Virus record (IMG/VR): IMGVR_UViG_3300048687_000087
Span: 13,413 to 77,412 of that record
DNA length: 64,000 nt
Source of the DNA: a virus
Strand: one strand, 5' to 3'
The notes beneath the pieces are model-generated. The model ran no database searches, was not told where the DNA came from, and saw only the letters and a list, made by a program, of their open reading frames with translations. The position numbers and the translations under genes were made by a program. Below, piece after piece: positions 35,118 to 44,624 of the stretch (within the stretch, counting starts at the first letter, position 1; every line of letters begins with the position of its first letter).

Positions 35118-35966
35118 ATGGCCACACCGCTCACCGCGGACCGTCTCCTCGCCGCCCTCAAGGCCGAAGGCGTGAAGGTCGCCGAACACTCCGGATGGCG
35201 AACCCACAACCGCAACAGCGTGGGCACGTGGGGAGGCGTCAACGGCGTCCTCATCCACCACACCGCCGGCAGTAACAGCCTCGGCGTTGTCTACTCAGGC
35301 CGTTCCGACCTGCCCGGCCCGCTCGCTCACACGCACCTCGCCAAGACGGGCACGGCGACCATGGTCGGCAACGGCCGCGCCAACCATGCCGGCAAAGCCG
35401 CCGTCAACGCGTTCAACGCGCTCGTCAACGAGTCCGCCACCCACCCGAAGCCATCCGCCGCATCCGGCACCGTCGACGGCAACGCCCACCTGTACGGCAT
35501 CGAAATCGAGAACCTCGGCAACGGACGCGACCCATACCCCGCCGTGCAATACGACGCCGCCGTCCGCTGGGCCGCTGCGATCTGCCGCGCACACGGCTGG
35601 TCCGCGAACTCGGTCGCCGGCCACAAGGAGACGTCCGTCGAAGGCAAGGTCGACCCGTCCTTCGACATGAACAAGTTCCGCACCGACGTCGCGGAACGCC
35701 TCAAGCACGCCGCCAGCTGGAGCCCCGGCGGCGCCACGACCCCTTCGACGAGCGGAGAACTCGACATGGACGCCAAGGCTGTTCACGAAGCCGTATGGGG
35801 CCGGGACGCGATCCCGTCCCCGACCACCGTGTCCACGCACAAGACCAACACCACGTGGAAGGCGGAAAGCTACCTCCCCGAGATCATCGACCGCCTGTCC
35901 CGCCTCACCGACAAGGTCGACGCACTCACCACGACCGTCGACGAACTCAGCAAGAAGGTGAGCTGA
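35118..35966 (+). CDS. Endolysin, N-acetylmuramoyl-L-alanine amidase
   Basis: IHHTAG, ANHAG, GIEIEN, GHKE..KVDP. Confidence 0.92.
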   Translation: MATPLTADRLLAALKAEGVKVAEHSGWRTHNRNSVGTWGGVNGVLIHHTAGSNSLGVVYSGRSDLPGPLAHTHLAKTGTATMVGNGRANHAGKAAVNAFNALVNESATHPKPSAASGTVDGNAHLYGIEIENLGNGRDPYPAVQYDAAVRWAAAICRAHGWSANSVAGHKETSVEGKVDPSFDMNKFRTDVAERLKHAASWSPGGATTPSTSGELDMDAKAVHEAVWGRDAIPSPTTVSTHKTNTTWKAESYLPEIIDRLSRLTDKVDALTTTVDELSKKVS

Positions 35967-35968
35967 CC

Positions 35969-36325
35969 ATGAAGATCTTCGGCCGTGAGCCTGTCGTCGT
36001 CCTCAACACGTTGTCCGCGATCCTCGGCCTGGTCGTGTCGCTCGGCATCACCAGCCTGTCGGCAGCGACCGCGGGCGGCATCGTCGCTGTCGTCTCCGCG
36101 ATCCTCGGCGCCATCGCCGCCGCCATGACCCGCCCCGTCGCCCCGCAAGCCTTCACCGCTGTCGTCACTGCGGGCGCCGTCCTCGTCGGCACGTTCGGCT
36201 ACGAGGTCTCTCAAGGAACCATCGGCGCCATCAACACGGCCGTCCTCGCGGTCCTGACGCTCCTGACCCGCGCACAGGTCACGCCGTCGAGCCCGACCGC
36301 GCCAGCAACCTCGACGAACGTCTGA
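35969..36325 (+). CDS. Holin-like membrane protein
   Basis: MKIFGREP, four TM segments, RAQVTP. Confidence 0.75.
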   Translation: MKIFGREPVVVLNTLSAILGLVVSLGITSLSAATAGGIVAVVSAILGAIAAAMTRPVAPQAFTAVVTAGAVLVGTFGYEVSQGTIGAINTAVLAVLTLLTRAQVTPSSPTAPATSTNV

Positions 36326-36339
36326 CGTAGGAGCACCAC

Positions 36340-36633
36340 GTGCCCGATGAGCCGACCCTCGGCGAGGTCATCCGACGCTTCGAGGACCGGTTCACCGACG
36401 TCCGAGACGACATCCAAGACCTCGGTAAAAACCTTGAGAAGAAGGTCGACCAGCGGATCTACGACCTGCGGCACGACGCACTCGCCGCCCGCGTAGCCAC
36501 GCTGGAGACACTTCGGGAGAAGGATGCCGAACGGATCGTCGCCACCCGCAGGTGGCTGATCGGCGCGGTCATCGTGCCGCTGATCGGCATCCTCCTGCCC
36601 GTCATCATTCTGTTGCTGGGAGCGGGCTCATGA
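36340..36633 (+). CDS. Lysis-cassette membrane protein
   Basis: EPTLGEV, coiled coil, C-terminal TM. Confidence 0.7.
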   Translation: MPDEPTLGEVIRRFEDRFTDVRDDIQDLGKNLEKKVDQRIYDLRHDALAARVATLETLREKDAERIVATRRWLIGAVIVPLIGILLPVIILLLGAGS

Positions 36634-37292
36634 CGCGATCAGCGATCCGCACCGAAGAACGCCGCTGGCGCCGCGGCGACCTCCTCGCCATCTGCGCAGC
36701 CATCATCTTCGGTATCGCCATGGCGTGGATCGTCCTGCGTGTACAGGCACTGACCAGCGACCTCCAAACCCAGTACGTGGCCCGCGATGCACTCGCCCGT
36801 CAGGTGGAACGCCTCGGCGGGCAGCCCGTAGGCGGCCCGCCCGGATCGCGCGGCGAACCGGGCAAGACGGTCCGAGGCCCCCGCGGAGAGAGCGGCCCCA
36901 AGGGCGATACCGGGAAGACCGGTAGCCCCGGCCCGACTGGATCGCCCGGCAAGAACGGTGCGGACGGAGACGCCGGCAACGACGGGGCGGACGGCGTCGG
37001 GGAGAACGGCGAGAGCGGCGCCCCCGGCAATGCTGGCGTCGACGGTCAACAGGGCGCCCAGGGCGAACCAGGGCCCGCAGGACCACAAGGCGAACCCGGG
37101 GCAGCTGGCGCCGATGGCGCCGATGGGAAGGATGGCCGCGACGGGCAAACCTGCCCCGACGGCTACTCACTGCAGGCGCCGGTCGACGACCCGGACGCAC
37201 TCATCTGCCGCCGTGACAGCGCACCCAACGAAGAACCCGACCCCGCGCCTTCCACGGCCGCCCTGGATCCACAACGCCGCCAATACCCATAG
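36630..37292 (+). CDS. Membrane-anchored collagen-like protein
   Basis: N-terminal TM, long Gly-X-Y run, CPDGY..LICRR. Confidence 0.85.
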   Translation: MTRSAIRTEERRWRRGDLLAICAAIIFGIAMAWIVLRVQALTSDLQTQYVARDALARQVERLGGQPVGGPPGSRGEPGKTVRGPRGESGPKGDTGKTGSPGPTGSPGKNGADGDAGNDGADGVGENGESGAPGNAGVDGQQGAQGEPGPAGPQGEPGAAGADGADGKDGRDGQTCPDGYSLQAPVDDPDALICRRDSAPNEEPDPAPSTAALDPQRRQYP

Positions 37293-37352
37293 GGAAGCCC
37301 GCAATATGGGGGCACGGTGGTAGGAGGAGGCGGCGTTCCGGCTTGGGTGCGA

Positions 37353-37688
37353 CTAGGGCTCGACGAACGGGGCCGGGCCGAGACCTGCGAGGCCAACCTC
37401 CGTGCTGCCGCTGGTTGCCATGAACCTGCTCTCCCTGCCGTTCGGCATGCGGAGAACCCCTGGAGCGGCGTCGAACAGGTCGATGTTGCTGGACGGGTCG
37501 GTGAGCGTGACGCTGCCCGCCCACGTGCTGTCGCGGTCGGACTCCCGGTTGTCGGTGCGTGTTGGGTCGTACCGCAGCACCAGGGACGCGGTGACTTCAG
37601 CTTCCCGCCCATCCGGGAACAAGACCGTCGCGGGGCCAACGTAGCGGTGCCGGCCGTCGCCGGGATGAAAGGGAGCTCGCTCTGCCAT
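37353..37688 (-). CDS. Hypothetical protein
   Basis: 111-aa ORF. Confidence 0.55.
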   Translation of the reverse strand: MAERAPFHPGDGRHRYVGPATVLFPDGREAEVTASLVLRYDPTRTDNRESDRDSTWAGSVTLTDPSSNIDLFDAAPGVLRMPNGRESRFMATSGSTEVGLAGLGPAPFVEP

Positions 37689-37807
37689 GCGCGGAGGCTA
37701 GCCCTGAATCTGTTCGAACGGGACCCGGGCAACCGTTCCGAACAACTAGGTAGCGCATAACGTTCCCTGGAGCGCTGCGAGTTGGTGTTCGGCGCGCGAC
37801 ATCGGGG

Positions 37808-37940
37808 CGTTCATCAATCGGTCGTTACGCGCGATCGGCAGTTGATGAACGTAGGTCTGGCGTAGATGCACCCGAACTCGTTCATCAAACGGTTCAACAA
37901 CAGATAGCGTTCAACTAGGCATCCACACCCCTTAGTTGAA
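37808..37940. promoter_or_regulatory. res-like site: repeated GTTCA(T/A)C(A/T)A half-sites
   Basis: CGTTCATCAA 37808 / TTGATGAACG 37842 inverted; further copies at 37880, 37892, 37909 and inverted at 37933; directly upstream of the resolvase. Confidence 0.7.
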
Positions 37941-37951
37941 TGCGAGGCTGC

Positions 37952-38566
37952 ATGGCTCTGGTCGGGCTCGTCCGAGTTTCAACCGACAAGCAGAACGTTG
38001 ACCGCCAGCACGACGCGCTCGACCCGCTCTGCGTCAAGGTCTTCGAGGAGAAGGTGTCCGGCAAGCTGGCCGTCGATGAACGCCCCGGCCTCAGCGCCGC
38101 CCTCGACTACCTTCGCGACGGCGACATGCTCGCCGTCCAGGAAGTCGACCGCCTCGGCCGCGACACACTGACCGGCCTCATGACCATCGCCGAACTCTTC
38201 AAGCGGGACATCGCCGTCAAGGTCCTCGAAGGTGTCGGCGCCGGCGAGCACAAGGAGTCGAACCTTCTCCTCGAACTCGCTCTCGTCCTGGCTGCGGAAC
38301 GGCGACGCGACATCGTCCGCAAAACGAACGACGGCCTCGCGGCTGCCCGTGCGCGGGGACGAGTAGGCGGGCGACGCCCCGTAATGACGGAGGCGCTGAC
38401 GATCCAAGCCGTCGCCCTGCAAGCCAAGGGCTTCAGTCTCAAGCAGATCCAGCCGCACCTCCGGATCGCCGAAGGCAAGAACAAGGGGAAGAACCCCAGC
38501 GTCGGCGCCATCTCGCAGGCGCTCCGAGGGCACGACGAAACGTCAGCGGTGGCAAGCGACGACTAA
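37952..38566 (+). CDS. Small serine recombinase (resolvase/invertase family)
   Basis: GLVRVSTDKQ, EKVSG, RPGL, DRLGR, GLAAARARGRVGGRRP. Confidence 0.95.
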   Translation: MALVGLVRVSTDKQNVDRQHDALDPLCVKVFEEKVSGKLAVDERPGLSAALDYLRDGDMLAVQEVDRLGRDTLTGLMTIAELFKRDIAVKVLEGVGAGEHKESNLLLELALVLAAERRRDIVRKTNDGLAAARARGRVGGRRPVMTEALTIQAVALQAKGFSLKQIQPHLRIAEGKNKGKNPSVGAISQALRGHDETSAVASDD

Positions 38567-38573
38567 CCCCGGG

Positions 38574-39002
38574 TCACGGCATCGGCACGTGAACGGCTTG
38601 CTCCTGACCGTCCCACGTGAAGTGGAGCGTCGTCGGAACGTTGGCCATGGAGGTCACGAGGAACTGGCAAGCCTGACGGGCCTCCAGCGCGCTACCCAGC
38701 GGGTCCTCCCACTGGACACGGCCTTCGTCCTCAGGCGTGAGGGCGATCCCGACCGCTGGCATGCCTCCCTTATTGAACAGGCGGTAGACGTGCCGCCCCG
38801 CGACTTCGATGACCAACTCCACCTTTGGTTTGGCCTGCTCGACCTGAAACTCCAGCGCGGCAGCTGCTGTGCTCGCAGACTTGATGGCGGTATCTGCTGA
38901 CCTTTTGCTGGCGCGCCAGGAGAAGTAGCTGAAACTGGCGGCGACGATGGCGACAGCCACAGCGGCCCAGGCCGGAACCGTTCCCCACTCCATGCCTTTC
39001 AT
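38574..39002 (-). CDS. N-terminally anchored hypothetical protein
   Basis: WGTVPAW followed by a TM segment. Confidence 0.6.
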   Translation of the reverse strand: MKGMEWGTVPAWAAVAVAIVAASFSYFSWRASKRSADTAIKSASTAAAALEFQVEQAKPKVELVIEVAGRHVYRLFNKGGMPAVGIALTPEDEGRVQWEDPLGSALEARQACQFLVTSMANVPTTLHFTWDGQEQAVHVPMP

Positions 39003-39034
39003 GTCCGGACCGTAGCGTCACCGCTGGCTTCTGA

Positions 39035-39247
39035 CTACGCCGCTTCGTAGTGGTGCGCTCGTCCACCCCGCCATTTCACCCAGGCAGGATCGTCGAGGAG
39101 GGGGTCGGCGTCGGGGAGTCCGGCCCGCCGCAGGAACTCGAGGACGTCCGCGTCGGAGTGCGCCAGCCCGAGGATCTGGCCGCGCACGGTGACGCGCCGG
39201 CCGCCTGTACCGGACGGCGGGTGCACGATGATCGGGGCGCTCGCCAT
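39035..39247 (-). CDS. Small hypothetical protein
   Basis: MASAPIIVHPPSGTGGRRVTVRGQILGLAH..WRGG. Confidence 0.6.
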   Translation of the reverse strand: MASAPIIVHPPSGTGGRRVTVRGQILGLAHSDADVLEFLRRAGLPDADPLLDDPAWVKWRGGRAHHYEAA

Positions 39248-39307
39248 ACGTCCAGGGTGCGACGACTGGGCTCGGCTCGCAGGTCGCGTGTCCGCTTGCC
39301 CAGAAAA

Positions 39308-39323
39308 TCGAACACGTGGTCTA
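39308..39323. promoter_or_regulatory. Possible LexA (SOS) box
   Basis: TCGAAC-ACGT-GGTCTA versus actinobacterial consensus TCGAAC-N4-GTTCGA; lies in a divergent intergenic gap. Confidence 0.45.
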
Positions 39324-39361
39324 TTTAAAGAGGTGATCACGACTACTGGGAGGTGGGATCG

Positions 39362-39607
39362 ATGGCCCTCACGTCGCAGAACTGGCAGCCGACCGAAGTC
39401 CGCCAGGAAGCGATCCAGCGCGCACACCGCGAATGGATGGTCGAGTACGGCGAGGAGCCCAGGGTGAGCGACCTCGCCACGAAGGTCGGCGTCGCCCCCT
39501 CCACCATCAGCCTCCAGCTCAAGCGGCTCCGCGCCGCCGGCGTCGACATCCGTACCCGCGGCCCGCGCGCCAGCCGCAAATGCCGACACTGTGGCGAGTG
39601 GTCGTGA
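39362..39607 (+). CDS. Small HTH protein with C-terminal CxxC
   Basis: PRVSDLATKVGVAPSTISLQLKRL. Confidence 0.65.
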   Translation: MALTSQNWQPTEVRQEAIQRAHREWMVEYGEEPRVSDLATKVGVAPSTISLQLKRLRAAGVDIRTRGPRASRKCRHCGEWS

Positions 39608-39792
39608 CCGCACCCGGCAGATACCGGCTCACCCTCACCGTCGACGGCCACGCGATCGCGGACGGCTGGTGGGGCCTGCACGCGACCGCGGACGGGAGAA
39701 TGAAGGACTGGATCGGACTCCACGGCCGCGACGGCGCCCGCATCGAACTCGTCGACACCGAAACCGGGGACGTCATCCGAAGCTGGCCGTAG
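39604..39792 (+). CDS. Small hypothetical protein
   Basis: GTGA coupling; RYRLTLTVDG..GWW. Confidence 0.55.
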   Translation: MTAPGRYRLTLTVDGHAIADGWWGLHATADGRMKDWIGLHGRDGARIELVDTETGDVIRSWP

Positions 39793-39905
39793 CCCGACGT
39801 TGTCAGTCCCCGCGGCTACGCTGATCGCATCACATCCGCGTTGCTGGTTGCACGCGAAAGCGCCCCGCCGAGTGGAACCGGCGGGGCGCACACCTTGGAG
39901 GGGCA

Positions 39906-40268
39906 ATGGACGATCTGGTGCAGTGGCTCGGCGAGCAGCTCGACGAGGACGAGCGGATCGCGCGGGCGGTTACGACCGAAGGCGTCTGGCGGGTGGGGAG
40001 TTCTCACGGCGGGGCCACCGTCGAGGGTGAGGGGTGGTCCGTGGCCGGGGCGGATGCTCTGGACGGGGCTCACATCGCCGAGCATGATCCGGCGCGGGTG
40101 CTGCGCGAGATCGACGCCAAGCGTGATCTGCTCCGCTTCGTCAAGGGTGTCCACGACCACCACGAGACGTTCATTTCGGGTGTCGCCTCTCGGCTGGAGC
40201 AGACGCTCCGCCTGTTCGCTGCGGCCTACGTGGACCGGACCGGCTACCGCGAGGAGTGGCGGCCGTGA
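39906..40268 (+). CDS. DUF6221-like protein
   Basis: WLGEQLDEDE..HIAEHDPARVLREIDAKR..GYREEWRP. Confidence 0.7.
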   Translation: MDDLVQWLGEQLDEDERIARAVTTEGVWRVGSSHGGATVEGEGWSVAGADALDGAHIAEHDPARVLREIDAKRDLLRFVKGVHDHHETFISGVASRLEQTLRLFAAAYVDRTGYREEWRP

Positions 40269-40355
40269 TCTACCGCCTGTAGCGAGATGTCGTCGACGGC
40301 TTCTGGGGCGGCCTCGACTACATCCGGTTCTGCCGGTGGATCCCGTAGCCGAGGG

Positions 40356-40619
40356 CTAGGCCGCCTCGGCTTCCGCCCCCGGGTGTCGCACGATCTTCTT
40401 CACAGCCATCTCGAGCGCCTGCGGGATCGTCGTCCGGGCAGCTGTCGCGGCCTCCAGCCACGCTTCCCACAGCGCCTGCCATTCCGCGTGCTGCTCCTCA
40501 GCCCAGCCCTTGTCGCGGGTCGGGGGACCGAATCGTTCCTGCAGCTCCTGCACGCGCCGGTACGCGTCATCGGCAGCCTGCTGTAGCTGAATCATCTCCG
40601 GGGTAGGTGCATCACTCAC
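40356..40619 (-). CDS. Hypothetical protein
   Basis: 87-aa ORF. Confidence 0.55.
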   Translation of the reverse strand: MSDAPTPEMIQLQQAADDAYRRVQELQERFGPPTRDKGWAEEQHAEWQALWEAWLEAATAARTTIPQALEMAVKKIVRHPGAEAEAA

Positions 40620-40628
40620 AGGCGGATA

Positions 40629-40808
40629 TTACGCCGCCTCCACGATCTCCCCACGAACCGCCGCCGCCCACTCCACGATGAGGAGTTCGTAGCGGGCGCG
40701 CTGTTCAGTGGTGAGCCGCATGGCAGGGTGTGGCCACAGCCCACGGATCTCCTCATTTACGACCGCGGCCGAGCGCGCACGGCCCGAGGCCGGGGGAGTG
40801 GGAGGCAT
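40629..40808 (-). CDS. Small hypothetical protein (not in ORF track)
   Basis: MPPTPPASGRARSAAVVNEEIRGLW..YELLIVEWAAA..AA*. Confidence 0.5.
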   Translation of the reverse strand: MPPTPPASGRARSAAVVNEEIRGLWPHPAMRLTTEQRARYELLIVEWAAAVRGEIVEAA

Positions 40809-40871
40809 ACGGAGAACGGTAGTCCGCTACACCGACAGTGATCCATAGGCAGCGAAACCGGCATATGCGAT

Positions 40872-41108
40872 CTACGGCGTTGGCAACTCCGTGACGAACG
40901 TGCCCATGCCGACCTGCATCTCAGCGAGCCCCGCGGCCCGAAGCTCCGTCAGCACCCGCCGCGCGGTCGCCTGCGCGATGCCGAACTCGTCGACGATCCC
41001 GAACACCCCAGGCAGCTTCGACCCGGGCGGATACGTCCCGTCGGCGATCCGCTCCTCGTAGATCACGTACACCTGCCGCCACCGCGGTACGTCGGGCTCC
41101 CACTTCAT
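40872..41108 (-). CDS. GntR-family winged-helix regulator
   Basis: IADGTYPPGSKLP..EFGIAQATARRVL..GMGTFV. Confidence 0.85.
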   Translation of the reverse strand: MKWEPDVPRWRQVYVIYEERIADGTYPPGSKLPGVFGIVDEFGIAQATARRVLTELRAAGLAEMQVGMGTFVTELPTP

Positions 41109-41255
41109 GATCCCGAAGCTAAGCGGACCAACTCATACGGGCGAGGCAAGCCAGTCCAGATGTCCTAGCTACCCTAGCTAGCTACTCTGGGGCCAATAGA
41201 ACCCCCGCATCCGCAGGCACGGACCGGGGGCAGGCCGACGGAGTGGAGCGTCGAC

Positions 41256-41441
41256 ATGACCCAGCCTAACCAGCCCCCCGCGATCACCACAGACGCCCGC
41301 TACTGCTGCCACTGCGGGAAACTCACCCGCGAGCCGATAGTCGTCGCCCGCGCCTTCTCCTCGAGCGGTGCAGGGTCCGCCGTCTACGCCTGCCCTGACG
41401 ACGCTCCCCGCTACCGGATCGACGACGGGAGCCAGCCGTGA
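41256..41441 (+). CDS. Small Cys-containing protein
   Basis: GGAG RBS; CCHCG..YACP. Confidence 0.55.
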   Translation: MTQPNQPPAITTDARYCCHCGKLTREPIVVARAFSSSGAGSAVYACPDDAPRYRIDDGSQP

Positions 41442-41629
41442 AACGGGAGCCCCAGGTCGAGATCACCCACGTGTGCTTCATCCGGAAACCCGACGATGTC
41501 ATCCGCTGTACGCGCCTCCCCGGGCATGACGGCGACCATCACGACTACCTCTCCGGGGTGACCGACATGCGCGGCCGGCGGCCTGGCGTGTGGTGGCCGC
41601 GGCGGCCCGGTGAGACGCAGTTCGACTGA
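41438..41629 (+). CDS. Small hypothetical protein
   Basis: GTGA coupling; CTRLPGHDGDH. Confidence 0.5.
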   Translation: MKREPQVEITHVCFIRKPDDVIRCTRLPGHDGDHHDYLSGVTDMRGRRPGVWWPRRPGETQFD

Positions 41630-41819
41630 GCTCCCGCCCGCCATCGACGGCGGATTTCCCGGTGGCGGGCGGGCCTTTTATATTACAGGCGGTGACGGAT
41701 GCTTCACACGGGGTGCGAAAAGAGTGCCGGGACTCTTGCACCGTGCACGGTTACGGCATATGACATTGAACGCGAAAGTAAGTAGCGCCCGCCGAGCCCG
41801 GACCCCGCTTGGCGGGCAC

Positions 41820-42434
41820 TCAAGTACCAAGCCGGATCCGCCACCGGTCCATCGGCAGGATCAGGTCCGCCGTCTCCACAGGAGCGCCATGTTCGTCAAA
41901 CCGGGTCCGTGCCACGCGATACGCCACGGTGTCCACCAGCAAGCCAAGAGCATGCGCCTGCTCCTCACCGAGCTCGACAGTGGACAACTCGGCAACGAAC
42001 GCGACATGAAGGCGGCGCCGACCGCGCCACCAGGTGGAAACGAGCATTGCCGACCGGCCGCCGGGATCGAGGCATTCGACGGTCTCGTGCTGCAGCTGGG
42101 ACCGGGCGGGAACGGCGAGGCGTGCGGAGAGCTCGTCGGTGGCCGGCCGTGGACGGGTGTCGGTGGTCTCGCTCGCATACGGCCAATCAGCGTCCACGTC
42201 GGTGAGAGTGCGCACGGCAGCAGGATGCGCGACATAGACGTGTTTTCGCTCCTCGCCCTCAAGAACTCCCTCCCTGCGGAGGAGGTTGTAGGCGAGCCTC
42301 ATCGTCTGCTCGTTGACGTCGTACTCGGCTGCGAGTTCGCGACGTGAGGGCAGGTCTTGGCCGACGGTCCAGTCACCTCGGGTGATGCGGTGGCGGATGT
42401 CGTTGGCGATGCGCCGGTAACGCGCGACTGCCAT
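41820..42434 (-). CDS. GntR-family regulator with truncated UTRA-like domain (Kor/TraR-like)
   Basis: YRRIANDIR..LPSRRELAAEY..; PVETAD. Confidence 0.8.
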   Translation of the reverse strand: MAVARYRRIANDIRHRITRGDWTVGQDLPSRRELAAEYDVNEQTMRLAYNLLRREGVLEGEERKHVYVAHPAAVRTLTDVDADWPYASETTDTRPRPATDELSARLAVPARSQLQHETVECLDPGGRSAMLVSTWWRGRRRLHVAFVAELSTVELGEEQAHALGLLVDTVAYRVARTRFDEHGAPVETADLILPMDRWRIRLGT

Positions 42435-42501
42435 CCAGACCCCTGCCGTTGATCGTTCTTGATCATGACGTGAGTCCGAAAACTATGAAGGTGGCCGGTG
42501 G

Positions 42502-42515
42502 CTGGATATATCCAG
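42502..42515. promoter_or_regulatory. Perfect 14-bp palindrome, candidate operator
   Basis: CTGGATATATCCAG upstream of the GntR gene. Confidence 0.4.
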
Positions 42516-42830
42516 AGGTCGCAGGCAGGCTGGCGCATGCCGGACGCAACTGCATAGAGGATTCGGGATGCCGTCAGGCAGCGTGCGGGATCCCGGTAGG
42601 TGCCGATGGCCGCTGTACCCCGCAGCGCGGTTCGAAAGGCACCCGGATGGTCCAGCACATGCCAGTCATTCACCCGTTCGGGTGGTGATTGACGGCTGGG
42701 CCACTCGTTGAGCACAGGCCGGGGTCGGGCCCCGTCCGCCTCCAAGGGTGCAGGGGTCCGACCCCGGTTCTGTTTGTCTACATGTCGGGGTGAGAGGTTG
42801 TCCGGGGTTCGGGGAGGCCGTTGTGGCACA

Positions 42831-43070
42831 CATGGGAAACGAGTGGGAACCGAAGAGGGAAACCAGAAGGCAACCATGACTGACTACAGCTAACCCAAGA
42901 CTGCAAAAGGCCAGCTCAGGGACTGGCTCGCCGAACGTGGGCTGGCCACAACGCACTTGAGGTGAAGTTACCCAACATGCACGACATATTCGGGATGCGG
43001 CGCCTCCCGGGTGGCTTGCCAGCGAATCCCTAGATCCAGAATCGAAGCATGGGAAACGAACGGGAAACGA
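42831..43070. other. Candidate attP with arm-type repeats
   Basis: CATGGGAAACGA at 42831 and 43048, extra GGGAA(A/C)C copies at 42845, 42857 and 43062; non-coding; immediately downstream of the integrase. Confidence 0.6.
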
Positions 43071-43079
43071 GGACGACGC

Positions 43080-44549
43080 TCACGCCCCGCCCGAACGCTT
43101 CCGCAACTCCAGATTCAGGGCCGTCCGCACGGTCACATGGTTCGCATCGGGCTGCACCCGCAGCACCTCGCTGAGCATCTCCGCATGGCCGGTGACGCCC
43201 CGGCCCACCGCGTCGCGCACGAGGCTCGCCACAGTCACCGCCACCGGGCGAGGCTCCATATCAACCGCCTCCTCCGGCGGCAACGTCGCCCTGAACTTCT
43301 CCCACCGCTGCTGCAAGGTGGCGACGACTTGCCGCTCCAGAGCTGGCGTCAGATTGCTGTACGTCCCCTCCACGCCCTGCAGTTCGTGACCCATGCGCGT
43401 CTCGACGACGTAACGGGCGTGGCCGTCCTCGTCAAGCCATGCCTTATGGCCGTGCCGAATCAGGTAGATGCGTTTGCCCTGGAACGAGGGCACAGCCGGG
43501 ACGGGCGACCGGGGCTTCACGACGCGCCTTTCGGCACACGCCTCGGACCCGTCCGCGATGAGCCGCCAGTACATTTTCGAGAAGGACGTCTGTGCCAGGC
43601 ATCCGCCCTCCGTGCCGACGAACACCCACGGACTGTCGTGGCTGGCGAGCAGCTTCTCCAGCATCTCCGCCAGGAACCAAGGGACAACCAGCGTCCGATA
43701 GCTGTGGTACTTCGGGGGATAGAAGCCGAGCACGCCGTCCTCGTACTGGACCTGTCGTTCAACCCGAATCGCCGGAAGCAACTCGGCGCCGTTCCCGTAG
43801 CGTTCCATGTCCTCGTCGTAACGGTCGGCTTCCCGTTCGTCGGGCCGCGGGTCGCTGCCCGGCCAGTTCGGGTAGCAGTACTCGCGCGTCAGCCCGTACA
43901 GCTCGGCCGGGCGCATGCCGGTCATCGCCATCGTCCAGATGAAGACGTAGCCGGAGTACCCGAAGACCAGCTCGGCGTTCCGGGCTAGCCGGTCGACGAC
44001 GCCGATCGGCATGTCCTTCTTCCGCTCCTTCGTCTTCCTCTCATACCGCCCGCGGCGCCGCTTCCGCTCGACGGGGGAGGTCTTGCGCAGTCCGGCTTTA
44101 ACTGCGTCGTCCATCACCATCCCGAGCACCATCAGGACGTTGCTGCGGCTGTTCTCGGCGCCGAGCGCCTTCGCCAGGTACATCTTGAACGCGCGGATGT
44201 CGAGGATGCTGAGGTCGCCGACGGGCTTCTTGCCGAGGAGAGGCCGGATGTGTGAGTTGATGGCCCATCGGTAGTTGCGCAGCGAAAGGTGCGCGAGATC
44301 GATTGACCCCAGCCAGTCATCCAGCCAGTCCGACATGAGCGTCGACCCGTCTGCGTTGGAGACGTGGAGTCCATGCCGGATCTCGTAGAGCTGATCCTGG
44401 CCGTACTTGAGGGCGACGTCCTCTTCGAGGAAGCCGCCCTTTGACTCGAAGCGTTTCCGCCCGTTGGTGTGGTACTCGCCGGTCCACCACTTCACACGGC
44501 AGGTGCCCCCGCGCCACTCCACGTAGACGTCAGTGGATCGTCTGGACAC
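43080..44549 (-). CDS. int: Tyrosine integrase
   Basis: TGMRPAELYGL (R), LIRHGH, RMGH and downstream Y; N-terminal arm-binding region. Confidence 0.93.
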   Translation of the reverse strand: MSRRSTDVYVEWRGGTCRVKWWTGEYHTNGRKRFESKGGFLEEDVALKYGQDQLYEIRHGLHVSNADGSTLMSDWLDDWLGSIDLAHLSLRNYRWAINSHIRPLLGKKPVGDLSILDIRAFKMYLAKALGAENSRSNVLMVLGMVMDDAVKAGLRKTSPVERKRRRGRYERKTKERKKDMPIGVVDRLARNAELVFGYSGYVFIWTMAMTGMRPAELYGLTREYCYPNWPGSDPRPDEREADRYDEDMERYGNGAELLPAIRVERQVQYEDGVLGFYPPKYHSYRTLVVPWFLAEMLEKLLASHDSPWVFVGTEGGCLAQTSFSKMYWRLIADGSEACAERRVVKPRSPVPAVPSFQGKRIYLIRHGHKAWLDEDGHARYVVETRMGHELQGVEGTYSNLTPALERQVVATLQQRWEKFRATLPPEEAVDMEPRPVAVTVASLVRDAVGRGVTGHAEMLSEVLRVQPDANHVTVRTALNLELRKRSGGA

Positions 44550-44624
44550 TGGTGCCCCCTTGCGCTGATCGGTGCGGCCGCCTGGCAGGTACCCCTACCG
44601 CCTAGGCTCCGCACCCATCCTGCC

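Noticed and set aside
36830-37145. GGN-rich repetitive DNA
   Set aside because: Explained by the Gly-X-Y collagen-like protein, common in Streptomyces phage lysis cassettes
37952-38566. Tail-fibre DNA invertase (Gin/Cin-type) system
   Set aside because: About 7 kb from the fibre gene; no inverted crossover sites or alternative fibre ends were seen
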